Source: Trichinella spiralis (Eukaryota). From it: 64,000 nt of DNA. The notes beneath the pieces are model-generated. The model was not told the origin of the DNA and made no database searches. It saw nothing but the letters and a program-made list of their open reading frames with translations. The stretch is taken from the NCBI RefSeq assembly GCF_000181795.1, contig NW_003526945.1, forward strand, positions 1,488,796-1,552,795. Direction: 5' to 3'. Every line of letters starts with the position of its first letter. Position 1 is the stretch's first letter. Positions 45,616-60,200 of the stretch are shown here, in pieces. Position numbers and translations under genes: made by a program.

Positions 45616-47223
45616 CTAAAAATTGAATATAATCTGATTTATTGGATTTTGAAAAATATTTTTCGAATAGTCTCTGTCACGAAATTTTGCTATTTGTTAA
45701 TGCAACATTTGTTGCATTAGAAGAGTGAGCTACATGAAATATATATTAATGAATAATTGGTAAGTAATTTATGAATAGTTTTTCATATAAACTGAATGTA
45801 TTTGAAAGTAAAATCAATATTTACATTAGCATGATTATGTCAACTATTATCAAATGCAAAAATATAAATTACTATCGCAAAGTTAGTGATTCGTGATTTT
45901 CACTTTTCTGATGCCACAAAAGCAAAATTAATTTTGGGTAAATATATTAACGCTTAAATGAGAATTCTAATTCTTCCAATTATTCTTTCATCAAGTACAT
46001 TATAAACATAACTTCTTAATAATGCGGATTTTCAGTGGCAAAATTTTCCTCAATTTTTTCAAAAATCCTTCTAATCTTTTCTTATTAAAAATTTATCAGT
46101 GGTGAAATTAAAATTATGAATAATATGAAAAAAAGTGTAGATGGCTTTAAAATATTTGAATAATGCATACCAATTTTATAAATAAATTCTTGCAGGGTGA
46201 AAATGTTGATAAAGTAACAAAATAATTTAACCGTTCGAAACATTGTCAATTCTAGCATGGGGTTCTTTATTTGCGCAGTTCCTATTTATGCATGCTTACT
46301 TTAATTGTCATAATAATTAAGAAAACCAGTTTTTGTTTATAACTTGACTATATTTCTGTCAATAAGGATGCACCATATGCTAAACAGAAAAGGGACGTTT
46401 AATTAGTTTACCTGGAGCTTATTTAGCATCACAACTACAAAATAGGTATCAATATTCATGTTAAACAATTCAACCACCTGTCTGATGTTACTGATAACCT
46501 GCATTTCAGATTGTATGTGAACTGAAAACAGAGGAAAGTTTTATTAAAGCTAAACTCGATGATACAGATAAGATGTTTAATTAATTTCCATTTTTAATTT
46601 TTAGACATTTCATCAACTTCATTTTCTGTCATTATCATTGAATATACCAAAAATATACCATACAAGAATTGTAAAAGTCAAGGTTATGCGCGCAGTTGCT
46701 GTACTGCTGTTGAAACTCATAAATTGTATTTGACATAGATTAAATGAATTAAATATAATATAAGATCAATTTTTTGAAAAGATAATACTTTTACTTTATA
46801 TTTTCAGTAAAATTTTAAGCTTAAGTGAGCAAACGTTTTGAAATTCAATGTTTACGATAAAATAAAATTAATAAATAGTAATAAATAGTGGGAAAGCATA
46901 GTTTTTTTAATGTTCATTCAATATGCCATTTTTGAATACTAAAAGTTTGTTTATATTTTCAGTTTTTTCAAATGGCATTCGCATTGAAGATGTTCATTTG
47001 CACATTTGAAGGCAATGAACAGCTGCACTTTCGTTATAAAAATAGCATTCCATGACAGCTGCGTCTTTTCATAATGTTCAAGTTGTTGATGGTTTCAGAT
47101 TTATATATATATAGGTATTATTTTTCTTGCACGAAAAAGAGGTAAAGGAAACTGAATCTCTGATAAGGGCTTTTCGTGGAAAGCACTTCCTAAACTAATA
47201 CTTTGCATGAAAGTATCAAAGTA

Positions 47224-48906
47224 ATGGTGGTTAAACAGTTCAAATATTATTTTGTGTATTTTCTTGTGACAGCAGTAGTTTTATATGCGAAGCCATTTCA
47301 AAGAAAAGTTTCACGTCGTTCACCTGTAATTATAGGTAACTTTTTATCATTTCTTGAAAGAAATATGTAAAAATCCTTTTACAGTTCCAGGTGATGGAGG
47401 CAACCAACTGGAAGCCCGTTTAAACAAAACAGAAACTGTGCATTATTTTTGTCAAAAGAAAACTAATGATTATTTTACACTGTGGTTAAACTTAGAATTA
47501 CTTGTACCATTTGTTTTGGACTGTTGGGTAGATAATATGAGGTAAAAGCTTTTTATTTCATGCTTTCATTGTAATAGTTTTTTTTGCAAGGTTGGAATAT
47601 GATGAAATAACGGGAAAAACGTCAAACAGCCCTGGAGTTGACATTAGAGTACCAGGATGGGGAAATACAACTACTGTTGAATTCATAGATCCAAGCGGAG
47701 TTGGTTATGGTGATTATTTTTCAAAACTTATTAATAAACTGGTCACTTGGGGCTACACTCGAGGAGTAGACGTTCGAGCAGCACCGTATGACTTCAGAAA
47801 AGCCCCAAGTATAAATTGATAGACTGTTGACAAAAAATGCACTTTTGCATTTGTTTTTTTTATTTTAAAATAGATCACAACACTGAATACTTTGAAAATT
47901 TAAAATCTTTAATAGAAGAGACTTATTATTCGAACGGAAATAGCAAGGTTGTTACTATTGGGCACAGTCTCGGCAATCTGTATCTATTATACTTTTTTAA
48001 TTTACAATCACCGGTATGCGGAAATTGCTATTCATTTATTTATGTAAAGAAAATGATGCAATTATTTTATTTGTTAGGCATGGAAAGCGAAATTTATTAA
48101 ATCACACGTCAGTGTGTCTGCGCCATATGGAGGATCAGTAAAAATTCTGAAAGCATTTGCTTCCGGTAAATGCCAGCAATTATGAAATGGCTTGCCTATG
48201 AATTATATCAACATGAATGACATCAGAATATATTTGGCATTTTAAAATAAATTTATGCTATATACAATTTTTAGGGTATAATCTTGATCAATGGAAGTTA
48301 GTTTTAAATCCATTAACAATTCGAAAAGAACAGCGATCAATGACAAGTTCCGCTTTTCTGTTACCAAGTACAAAGCTGTGGAGTGCAGATGAAGTATTGG
48401 TGACAACCGTCAGTCGAAATTACACTGCATATGATTACAAAGAATTTTTCAACGATATTGGTTTCAAGAAAGGATGGAGTATGTATAAAAATACTCGCCG
48501 TCTTTTGGAAGACTTAAAAGCACCAGGTGTAGAGGTGATCTGCATAAGGATGACGGTTAATGTATGTTTCGAGGTGAATATTTGCATTTAATTTTAGCTT
48601 CACTGTTTGTACGGTGTCGATATTCCTACAGCTGAACGTCTTGTATACGGGAAAGGAAAATTTCCTGACAGCCAACCAATAGAAATTAACGGTGATGGTG
48701 ATGGGACAGTTGGTATACGATCTTTAGCTGCTTGTATGGATTGGGTAAAAGAACAAGAACACGATGTGCATGTAAAGACATTTCCAAAAGCTGAGCACAC
48801 AGCTATTTTGAAATTTCCTGAATTTTTTGATTATATTAAGAATGCTCTTTTTTTAGAAAAAAACGCAACATCACATTACATGTTCAGTAATTCTAAAACA
48901 TTATAG
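47224..48906 (+). CDS. PLA2G15: Group XV lysosomal phospholipase A2 / LCAT-family acyltransferase; multi-exon
   Basis: Hydrophobic signal-like N-terminus, then PVIIVPGDGGNQLEA, DYFTLWLNLELLVPFVLDCWVDN, RAAPYDFR, lipase motif GHSLG, GDGDGTV (catalytic Asp) and AEHTAIL (catalytic His). Confidence 0.92.
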
Positions 48907-49580
48907 ATATTGTATTTTAATACATCTAAATTTTTCTTCAGAATTACTAGTAAAACTCCTTTCGATTAGAATTCATTTCGATTAGAGTTTTGAATCTCTT
49001 CAAATTTGCCCAAATGATCATTTCCAATTGCATCTGAAATTTATTTTTATGTGTAAATTTCACTTAAATTCTGTTGCATTCTATTAAATAAATAATTATA
49101 TATGTAATGTTGCTTAAAACATACGAATTGTTATAAAAGTTATGTTACATTTTGTCAAAAATGGAAGTAACTTTTTTTACAAATTGCAAAAATTTTAGTT
49201 ACAGCGTAGTTATATATTATAACAATGCATCAAATAAACTTCAAAAATTTCATACTTTTAAAGTTTCAAAACCAAATTTAATTATGAATAAAAAAAGTAA
49301 ATTCTAATTTATTACAATAAAATATTTTACGTAATATGATGGAAAGACGGTAATTAAAAATTGCATTATTGGAATATTATTGAACAGGTACAATATATTT
49401 CATTTTACTTTCATGACATTTTAAAATTATTCAATTTTTACCATACAAAAAATATTATAATTTTTGCAAAGAGACGATGTAATTCTTACTATGAAAATGA
49501 AAATTATTTCTTAATGCTTGATTTTTCTTTTCTACAGTAAGAACATATAAGTTTAGTTTTCCAAATAAACTGCCTTTTTT

Positions 49581-51272
49581 ATGACATTTTATCATTTATT
49601 GAATTGTCTTGTGTTAACTTTTGCTCCATTTGCAATATGCTACCGCTGCACTGGCCTGTGAGTAGTTTCTGTTCTTATGAGGCGGAATGTTGAACTGTAT
49701 TATTATATATAAGTGTGTATGATATTTTCTGGAACTTATCTGATAAGTCATTTTATGATATATTGATATCTGTAGTTTTAATGATCAATTGATTCATTAC
49801 ATGGTTTCTTTTTCGAACAGAATTAATTAAGATAAGTGTTTCAACGTAGTTTGTTTTTTTAACATCTTTGTTCTGCGATTGATTGATATTGAGTGAGTGT
49901 CATCTGTAATGAATGTTACTTAATTAGACATTAATGCTTGCAAAGATGGAAGAAATCATTTTTTTCTGGTTGTTGAATCATGCGTTTTATAATGATTAAT
50001 TGCTAAAGTGAAGAATATTTCCAGGAAAAGTTATTTCAAAACAGTGCAGTTTTATTTCTATGATTATTATAGCAATTTGTTATGTTAAGCCTTTAACTAT
50101 TTGAATAGAACTGTGAAACTGTTTTTATTGGAGAATTTGCTTCAGTTTTACGTCGAACGAAGTGCAAATTTAGTATTCATGAAAAGATAAATAGCATTAA
50201 ACTAAGATTTTCACATATCTATATAAAAATTTTTTTTCAAGCTAATTCAGTAGCACACTTCAATGTTAAATATTAAAGTGACTGGTGTTTTAATTTTTGT
50301 TTTAGTAGTTGTGAATTGAATTACAGTTTTGCTATTACAATATAACTTTTTTTAATTTGAGTAAATGAAATTATTAATTATTAAGAGTGATTTAAAAAAA
50401 TTAAGAAGTAAAGTGTTTTTTGTTGACAGTTATAAAAATGAAAAATATTATTTCTTTTTAGGGCAGAATACTGCAGCAAAAGAAAATGCGTAGCCGCAGG
50501 TTTTGGATATTTCTTGACGCAGCTTATAAAAATGCTTATTTTAGCTACCTTTTTTCCAACCACAGATCAAGAAGGCGTTCAATTTCATCCATTTCCTGTA
50601 TAATTTATTTATAAATTGTCTTTTACATGTAGATGTAATTCTTTGGAATCCTTTTTTAAGGAACTTATGAAAGCAATGGTAGATGTTTTGGATGTCATTG
50701 GTCTTTATGTCGTTATTAATCGTAACTGGTCTGGCAAAGGCGACGCTAGATTCTTGGCTGCAGGTCTTGGTTGGTCATCTGCTGACAGTTTGGCTACACG
50801 TGTTGTACCGTTTTGGACAGGTGCTCGTGGAACAACTTTCAGTTGGAAATATATTCAAATGTGTCTGGAATCAAACTACAATTTGGTATGAAATATATTT
50901 TGAAATTAATTTTCTTCGCCGAACAATATACGAGAGAATTTGTTGTTCAGGTTTATTACGTAGCGTTAGCTACTTTTCTGTGGTTATGGACACGTCGGGA
51001 AATTCCGACATTTATGAAAATAGCCCTACGGTCGATTTTGACTTTTGCCGTTTTTAAAGCATTTTTGAAAGAGTATATATATATATATTATATTGTTTGA
51101 CGTTGAATGTTGAGGTAATTTTGATAATTGAAATTTTGATTTCAGTCTACTTATGCAGTATTATGGTATTTCGTCTTGGATTTTGTTGATTATTCACTTT
51201 CTGGTCACAGTGTTCATGGCATTGATGGCAATGGCGTTTTATGCTGTCATTCAGCCGCACAACGGACGATGA
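49581..51272 (+). CDS. TMEM147: Transmembrane protein 147 homologue (nicalin-NOMO complex subunit); five exons
   Basis: MTFYHLLNCLVLTFAPFAICYRCTGL|AEY...TQLIKMLILATFFPT|ELMKAMVDVLDVIGL...GKGDARFLAAGLGW...TRVVPFWTGARGTTFSWKYIQMCLESN matches the TMEM147 pattern. Stop TGA is at 51270-51272. Confidence 0.9.
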
Positions 51273-52609
51273 ATTGTGTGTTATGGATGAAATGAAATAA
51301 AACGAAATTTGAAAGCGTTCCATTTAATTTTATGCAATATTGACATTTTCATTTGAATGTGATTCATGCTGGTTAGGGTTGACAGTGTTTTGATCAGATT
51401 TGTCGTTAAGTGATCGTCATCATCGTTGTAAATTTCTAATGTGATGTTTGTTTCCATCATTATTATTATTATTGATACAACGAACGAACGCTTGCCTGTT
51501 TCTTTTTCTACTTCTTGATAGCAGCATTTCACATGTGGCAAGTGAGTTTCTTTGATCTAATGCTTACAATTTTAACAAATTTCTCCTTTGCGCTCATATT
51601 ATTAAGATTTATAATATCTGTTGGATACCCTAAATTATTATCATTATTATTGTGATGTTTTTTTTCTTTTTGCTGTTTTTGACTTTTTTTGCACTTTGAA
51701 TCATAATATATATTTGTTTGTTGATTTTAATTCTTTTTGTCTTTATTAACACTTTATTTGATTGCAACGGACAGTTAATTGCAAAAATTTTCATTTGTTA
51801 TATACTTATATATATGTATATGCATATGCAGATGTGAAATTTGGCAACAAGCTGAACAGAATTTGATGCACGTAAAAGTGTTGTTTTGTGAAATGTTTTG
51901 GCACGTGTTCATCTGCTGCAGTGGAAAACAAATTTGTCGCCTTGAAGCGATAAGCATTCAGATGATTTAAATCGAAATGATAAACTTGCTTTCCAAATGT
52001 GTTTCAGTTATAAATAAAAAAACGTCATCATTATGCGTAGCAGAATCATTTTTCAGTTGCTATTTTATCTTTAAATGTGATTGTACGCATTGATTGATTG
52101 ATGTTGAACATTTGTCTCATAACGTACGTTGTCCAGAAGAAAGAAAACCAAAATTACTTACATGCTAATTAGAATTTCTTTTGTAATAATAGAACCTTAT
52201 TTACTATTTATAATATTCATAATACGATTATAAGAAAAAAGTTAAAGTATGGATCAGATGCGTTCAGGTACAAATTCACGAAGTCCACAAACGAAGAACA
52301 AACTGTCCGAAAATTGAAGGTAAAGTTCAATTTTGATTTTTTTTTGTTTTATACAAATTGAAAATTATTAATACTTCACAGAGATGTTGACTATGAAATA
52401 TTTTTTCGAATTTTTTAGTGTTATGCATTGTAAAATTTTTAGTGTCATGTTTTTGTTCTATGAGACGCACAAAAGTTGTTGGTTATTCTGATCATTGCTG
52501 ACAAGGGGCAGTTGTACAGTTGACAAGTGATGTTATTGAAAATATATTATTGAGATGTATTTAAATGAAAATACAAAATTGATTGTCCATTTTTACATAG
52601 TAGATTTTA

Positions 52610-53455
52610 TTTAGTTGTCATCCTTGAAGAATCCTTGAAGTTGTCTTTTTGCACTTTTACATGTTGATCATTCAACAATAGAAGTGTGCAAAAATATTTG
52701 ATATCCATTTTTTAAATAAAATATATGCGAAATAAAACTTAGTAGGAATTTTAATAGAAATTTATAATGAGTGTAAATTGTTGGTTTTCGATTTTCTTTT
52801 TTACACAACCAGTGTTGGTATTTTTTTTGTTGTTCAGTGTTTTGATAGACGAGCTTGTTCATCACGTGTTCTTGATCATTTCGTACTTTTCGCAACCAAC
52901 TACTTTGAATAACTTTGTCAAGTAAATCAGCTTTAAATATTTCATATTCTCCAATTTTATTGCTCCGTTTTCTTCTCTCCTCAACAAGTGCATTCAATCG
53001 AGTGGAAACAAATTCTTTATATATGTATATACATATGTTTTCTTTTTCTGCAAACATTCTTTCATATTTGTAATTTCAATTTATCGAGCAACGGCATATT
53101 TATATTTTATTTTTATACAAACTTTCGAACGTGTTTGAAGTTGTTTAAATTCCAATTCCACTTTACATCATTTCAGTGCATCTGGATAGAAAAAAAATAC
53201 TCTTCTCCGTTCGGTTGAAAATTGTTGGATTTTACACTTCCCGTTCGCTTCTGATTTCTTTCAAACGTATATCAACTTGAAAATTATAACAGCGAAGAAA
53301 TAAGCTTTTACTAACCTACTGACGTATTGTTGATATGTATTTCAACTGTGAAGGTTATTTTCCTTTTTGTTTTCACGAATAAATTTGCGCATACAGTTTC
53401 ACTTATTAAGGCAGAATTTTGATTTAATTCTCTTTTCATACTTCACACTGGCCAT
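52610..53455 (-). CDS. Possible lineage-specific, charged or coiled-coil protein, or a decayed gene
   Basis: ORF 52668-53057 (EFVSTRLNALVEERRKRSNKIGEYEIFKADLLDKVIQSSWLRK) plus short exon-like charged fragments upstream (VDIRLKEIRSERE, ELEFKQLQTRSK). I could not build a stop-free model and recognise no homology. Confidence 0.3.
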
Positions 53456-56363
53456 TATGCATATTTACATGTAATTTAATTACAAAGATTGTCGGGCGTT
53501 ACAAATGTAATGTTTTAAGAAACTTTTTTTCATTGCTAACGTCAAACAGCATTGATACTGTAATTGTATCAATTTATAAAATATGTTAATTTAAATTTAT
53601 CAATCATTAGAACTTATTTACAGTAAATATACAATCTGAACGCATGTATAATTTTTTAGAAATAGTTACAGTATTAAAGAATTCAAGTTATGCATTTTTA
53701 CATTTTTGTAGTGATATTATTGTTTCTTGTTTAAAGAAAATATTTTTTTCTTTAAATATTCTGAGGTGAAATAAATTTTTAATAAGCAATTAATATAATT
53801 ATATATTTAGTATTGTTGAATATTTGGCCAAGAATATTCATTTTTGTTACACTGATAAATGCAATGTACTTTGAATTTTTATTTTATGATTCATATTTTT
53901 TTTCAACATTTTTTAAAAATAAATTAAAATTAATGGTGAACAATTTAAAATGAAAATGCTCATATGTGTAAACATCGTTAATGATCAGGCTGACTTTGAA
54001 TAGGTAAGCTAATGTAAAGATAAAAGATTGTATTTTACAGTTTATCACCGCAATCGTATATTTTTGGAGTTTTCAATTGTTTGCTATTATTTTTCACGAC
54101 AGAGCGACAAACTACTATTCAAAATCTTTTATTAAAGACTTTCGATCTTTCAAAATCGGTATGTTTGTTTTCTGGTATTTTAGTATGGTGATTTGATTTG
54201 ATTTGATTTGATTTGATAACAGCAGATGTATTTGAGTTGTAATTTTGCGATAAAATATTGATGCAATTAAATGACAAGCATTGAACTTGAAATTTTTTGC
54301 GTGAAAAATCTTTGATCGAAAATGGGTTGTATAAGTAAAAAAATATATATATACGTATGTATAAATTCTCCGAAAATGAAAGTTTTATGTTGCTTAATCC
54401 TATTTTGCAAAGATTGCCAAATGGAAATGAATACCGAGTGTGACTGCTTTTCTCATACAATTATTTGCCTGGTAATGGAGTGCGATTTGCGTTGTCAGAT
54501 TTCATTATTAATGATATTGCTCTTGTGTGAAAAATTTGAGGCAAAAGCGATTTGGTTATGATATCAAATCGAAAATTGCCTTGATTAAGAAATAATTTCA
54601 AATTTTCTCATTTAAAACCAACTCCCACTGAATACTGTTTGTCGTATTATTTTCTCCAACAAGAATGTTGTTTTGTTTTATTATTTCAAATCAAATTTTC
54701 GATTATTTTGTATACTTGCACTGGTGTAATTGGAACATTTTTATGTCTGTCGATCAATTATTTGGTTTTTTTGCATCTTAATAGACGTTTCCACAAGTAC
54801 TGCTTGCTTTCAAAGCTGATAGATTAGCATTTTGTGAAAGCAGCCGTTTTCAAATAATTCAGCATCACTAATTGTGCAATGAACGACAGTTTTGAAAAAG
54901 ACACATTACATTATTTTTTATTCCACGTCTATCGTATAGTAATGTGCAGGTAATTTATTTATTTGTTTTTGTTTTATTTCAATTTGAATATTAAAAAATA
55001 TTCATTAATTATGAAAAGTATAATTTTTTTATTTTACTTTCAGTGAAGCATTTTAAAATTAATGAATTACGCAAGTTTATCATTGCTGTTATTTTAAATA
55101 GTTCACAAGATAGGAATAGTAAGCTGTTTGTATCAAGATTATTTTTAACAAAAAAAGAATTTATTCTTATATTTTGTTTGTGACGTGTTTATTTTATGTT
55201 TTTTTCAATTTCCTTGTTGTCAAAAATTTGAATTTCCATTCTAATGATGATTAGTTGAATTTTTGTTTTTGCAGTAGCTTTCCTTGACAGTGTTAAATAT
55301 TTTATTCATTCAAAATCCATATCAACTTAAGCAAATAACTTGTTGATCCATATATTTATTTATTTATTTAACATGCGAAAATCAGTGTTTTTTATATTTT
55401 TTTGAATTCATTCCTAATGATTACTTTTGTATTTTTCAAACTTTTCATAAAGTTTCATTTAATGTTGATTTGCTTGGTATTTCGATTCGATGCTGACGTT
55501 CAGTTTGGAACTTTTCAATGTTGATTTTCATTTGTACAGCACTAATTGTGAGAATACAATTTGAATTATTCAAATTTAATTGTTAGTTTCTGTTTCATTG
55601 AAGTTATTGAACTGGTCAGAAATTGGGAAAATATTTCCTCTACTTGCATGAATAATGAATTGATGTTGTGAAATTTTGTTCAAAGATAATGGCAATAATG
55701 ATTTGTCGACAAAAGTGCAAGTTATCTTTGCATAATTGCTGGTTGGTTGTTAATAAAAGAAAAAACGTTTGTCAACAAAGTTGGTAAGGCAGTGTGTTTG
55801 GAAATAGCGTTAAAATTGAACGTTTGGATTTTTAACGTTTTATTGGATACGATTGAAAATGATGCTTGGAAATGATGATGAATATGCATTTAATCGTGAA
55901 ATTTAAATTTCTTTTCGTGTATGATTGACGCAGAGCATTCATAAATTGGTATGTGAATTTTTGTCGAATGTGATCATTTGAAACGAAACGTGGAACAAAT
56001 GATTTGATCTCGATTTTTGTTTGAAGAAACATTGTTGAATGGAAAATTTTCACCTTACAACATGATAAGATATCTGGGGATAAGTTTGTTCCAATCTGAT
56101 GGACAAGTTTCATTTTACAGCGGCCATACTGTATTGCGTCACTTTACCGTAGTGGCCATGTGGCAGGTTGCGTTAGCTCGCGAAATCGCCAACGCCCGCG
56201 TGCTTTCACCTCTGTGCTTGCATATCCAACGTCTCAGTTATTTGTTATTTCATCAACAGATTAAATTGGTCGACATAATTAGATTTTATTCGGGATGAAA
56301 AATTTTCACGTCAATCGACACGTCCAAGTGGAAAAGCTAGATCGAGATAAGGTCGTAAACGTG

Positions 56364-56373
56364 CTATAAATAA
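56364..56373 (+). promoter_or_regulatory. Candidate TATA box / MEF2-like site upstream of the AMPK gamma gene
   Basis: CTATAAATAA follows a locally GC/CpG-richer stretch (about 56110-56360), roughly 900 bp before the first coding exon. Such motifs are common by chance in AT-rich DNA. Confidence 0.3.
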
Positions 56374-57275
56374 GCAAGCGCTTTTATCATGTTAAACTGT
56401 TGCCGCAAGGTTTTCCAAATTTAGCCCAACGTTGAATGGAACTGAATGAATAATTAATTGATCGATTGGTTGATGATTTGTTTTTCATTATTCTTTTCTA
56501 TACCGAAATTTACTGATTGTTTGTTTTTGTATTCATGCTGTCAAGCAAGCATTTGAATTTTTTCTGCATATTTGTTTCATTGTTGATCGAAACATCCGTG
56601 TTGGATGATGAATGTTCGACTTTGGATAGATATTTTCGTTTAAAAATTGTATATATGCATATATCTATATATATTTGTGTGTATGTGCAGTTTCATTTCA
56701 TTCAGGCTGAACAACAATCTTTAAACTGGAAATGGAATGTTCTTTTAGCCATCATTGTTGTTCAGCAAAATTCGGTTCACACAATAGTCCAGTGTATGGT
56801 GCATAAAATAAGCGAAGGAAAAATTTGAGCAAAGAGAAAAAATACCGTTGTCGAAGAGCAAAACCCACCGACGAAACGTTGCAACAATTTTCATATCAGT
56901 TGGTTGGTTTTTTTTTATTTAAATTTTATCCAGTTTGTTTCGGCTTGCAAAACAGAGAGCACCGACAACAACGGCAGATTTGCATTTTGCATTGTTGTTT
57001 TGTTATTTATCATGTAGAGCTGAATCTTAATGTCGAACAGCAATAAATCATGTTCGACCGACAGCCAAACTTGAACTTCGCTTATTTCTGGTTTTCTTTT
57101 CTTTTTATTTATTTATTTATTTATTTATTTATCATCGTTTAAAATATAAAATGAAGAAATCGCGCTTCTTCGCTTGCTTTTTGTTTGTTTGTTTGTTTGT
57201 TGTTGTTGTTGTTGTTTACAGATGACTTTTTTTTATTCTTATAGATTGAAATCTGACTCTGCTTTGTTAAACAAG

Positions 57276-60200
57276 ATGAACTCCAACGGTGACAACAACA
57301 AACACAACCACAGTAATCTGATGGAAAAGATTAAACCCAAAAAGCGCACATTCAGTGGACAAAATGACGAGAAATTAGCCGAAGCCGATGGATCTGAACA
57401 GACGCTTAAATCTTCATCACCACGTCACAGTAGCTGCAAAAATCCGGACAAGTCTCCTGAAGAGGTGAGTATTCCAGTTTTTTGCAGCTTAATTATAGTG
57501 AACACTTGAACTTATAAATTTATTCGAGATCATAACTAAGGATGGACAGGATGACAAAAAACTGAGCATCCCGCGTGAGCATCCGGTGACAATTTTCACA
57601 GCAGAAATTTAGCATTTCTCTAAACTGACCTAAAGCTGCTGCGAGTACGCGGCTCATTATTTTTATTTATCTATTCCGTGTGCGTGTTGCCAAATTTTAA
57701 CAGCTTCTCTCTCTTCCACCTTGAAGCTAAGTGCAAACGAAAACGTTGTAAACAACAACATCCATGCTGAACTGCTACTGCTATCACTACAGTATGCGAT
57801 GCTTTTGAAAGTTCAAACAGTTTTTTTTGTTCAGTTCAGTTTCTGCTTGTCGTAAACAAAACAGTCATCATGGATCGTTTTTGTTTGTTTACAGCGGCGA
57901 TAATTCTTTTTTCTTTAAATATTCTCAATCATGAAATGAACGAATTGTGTAGCAAAAATGACGGGCCAATTTGAAATGAACAATAATGATTTATTTCCAT
58001 TTAAAATATTTGTTGTTCACTTTGGATTTGAAACTTCTCTCTCAGTCATCCTGTTACAACCACACAGGTACAATATTGATCGTCATTGATGCAAATCAAA
58101 AAATAAATAAATAAATAAATAGCATTTTCATTTCTTGGCACTGTTGCTGTTGTTGTGACCATTTCAACCACCGACCGACCGACCGACCACCCAATAAGCA
58201 TGTAGGCATTCTGTGTACGCTTGCTTCTTGTGGCTTGCAGAGATGAAATATTGGCAGTTTGTTTTTTTTTCTATCTTTTACCTTTTGGCATCGGTGTACT
58301 TTTTTCTCCTACAAAAGTATACGACCTGTTTGCAACTTTTTCTACAGCCTACGTAGTGAGCTCACATCACAAAAGCTTTTATAAAAATATTTTGAACGCT
58401 GGCCTTTAAGGTATACTGTAGATGTTTTTCTTTCTTTTTTTTCTTGAATTTTTATTCCGCCAATGTCGTTCATAAAGTAGCAACCTTTTGACACACAAGC
58501 ACACTGCTGCTTCTCACTTTCTTCAGTTGTTCAAAACATGTTGCTTTGGGCGTTCAACTACTGTTGATTTATGTGTTTCGTTTGAGAAAAAAGAACATTA
58601 AATAAAATTGGTGAAAATTGAACATGGAACATTATGTCAACTCTTGCTTTTCGTTGTATGTGATAAAAATGGTAAAGTTTTTTCATTCTGTCAACCCCAC
58701 TGTTATCTCTTGTTAAGCAGATTTTATTTTTTGTAGTCAATTTTGCATATTTACGTGTAGTATGAAGATGATCAGTTGAGATGATGATTCGCAATGTGTT
58801 GAGTTTGATTTATCTTTTTCCTTGATGCAAGTTCACGTTCTGTTCACGTTGGAAATAGTGTTTTCTGACTCATATGAGTTGCAACGTTGAAGTGCAAATA
58901 ATTTTATTTTTTTAATATTTTTTTACAGTATGCTGATAATTTTAATTTCAAAGAAAAAAAGGAGTTATGCATATTTTTTTAATATAAATACGTCAAAGGG
59001 AAAGTATTTTTTCTTTATTTATTGTCGTATGCTTTTCATACGGATGTCATAATTCAAATTGGAGAAATATATTGATTTTTATTTGTCATTTGATGTTCAA
59101 CATGCTGTTAGCTATTGACCGTTGTTTGACTGTGCTTCTTCATGGCGCCGATTGTTATTATTAAATAAATTTATGCTTCGCAGAAATTGTCTGTTAATGT
59201 CATGTGAATTAGCATCCTCTTCCTTGTTCGCAAGATTTATAATGAGAAAATGAGAAGTTGAAATGAAAATGCAGACTTACCTTTTTTTTGTTTATTTCAT
59301 TACTAGGTTTTCTTCTTTTTTCTTTGATTATTTACTATAAATGTATATTTTTCATTGCTGCTTGTTACTTTTAGCATTGTTGTTATTTTTACTATCTGTT
59401 TCACTTGTACAATATCTAGCTTTACTGCATATTATGCATATGAACAGTATAATAGTTGGTGATGTTTTTGACAGGACTAGTCGATATTGTTGACATTGTT
59501 GACTGTGATTGAATTAAGCTTAGTTGTAAGTGATATATATATATCCTGACAAACACACACACGCACAAACAAAGAGACAGAGAATGGATGATTTTCCTTT
59601 AATTTTGATTTTGCTTAATTATGTTTTCTTTGAAGACTTCTCAGCGATCGAATCATTTTTTGTGGCGTTTTCGAAGCAAAGATGCAACGCCAGAGAAAGA
59701 AGATTTGAACAAAACAGGAACCAATGCAAACGCACTGAGAAACACGAGTTCGGTCGATGCAACTGAGAACAGCCATATGGGATCGAATCAAGTGGAAACA
59801 TTGCGAAGTCCGTCGTCGAATTTTGGGAGCTTTTTCCATCGTTTCCGTCAGAGAACTCGTTCAGAATCTACACCGACCGAAGACCATTCCATTGCATCAG
59901 TTGTAGATGCGTCGACAAATCTGATGCACAAAATGAGCATTGTAGATGAAGATTCCGTCATGGAGCCGTCGATGAAGAGTCAGCATTCTGCAGTTCAGGA
60001 AGCAGAAGAAGGAGGAGGAGGAGGAGGAGGAGACATTTTGCCACTGTTGCGTCGTCGTTCCAGATCTGAGGCATCGGCAAGTGTTCATTTTTACTTTTCA
60101 ATGTTTTACCTTTTCACTATAATATACTAATTTTTATTAAATAGCAGATATTTGATTTTGACAAATTCCTTTTTTAATCTAGTATCTCAAGTGAACAGCA

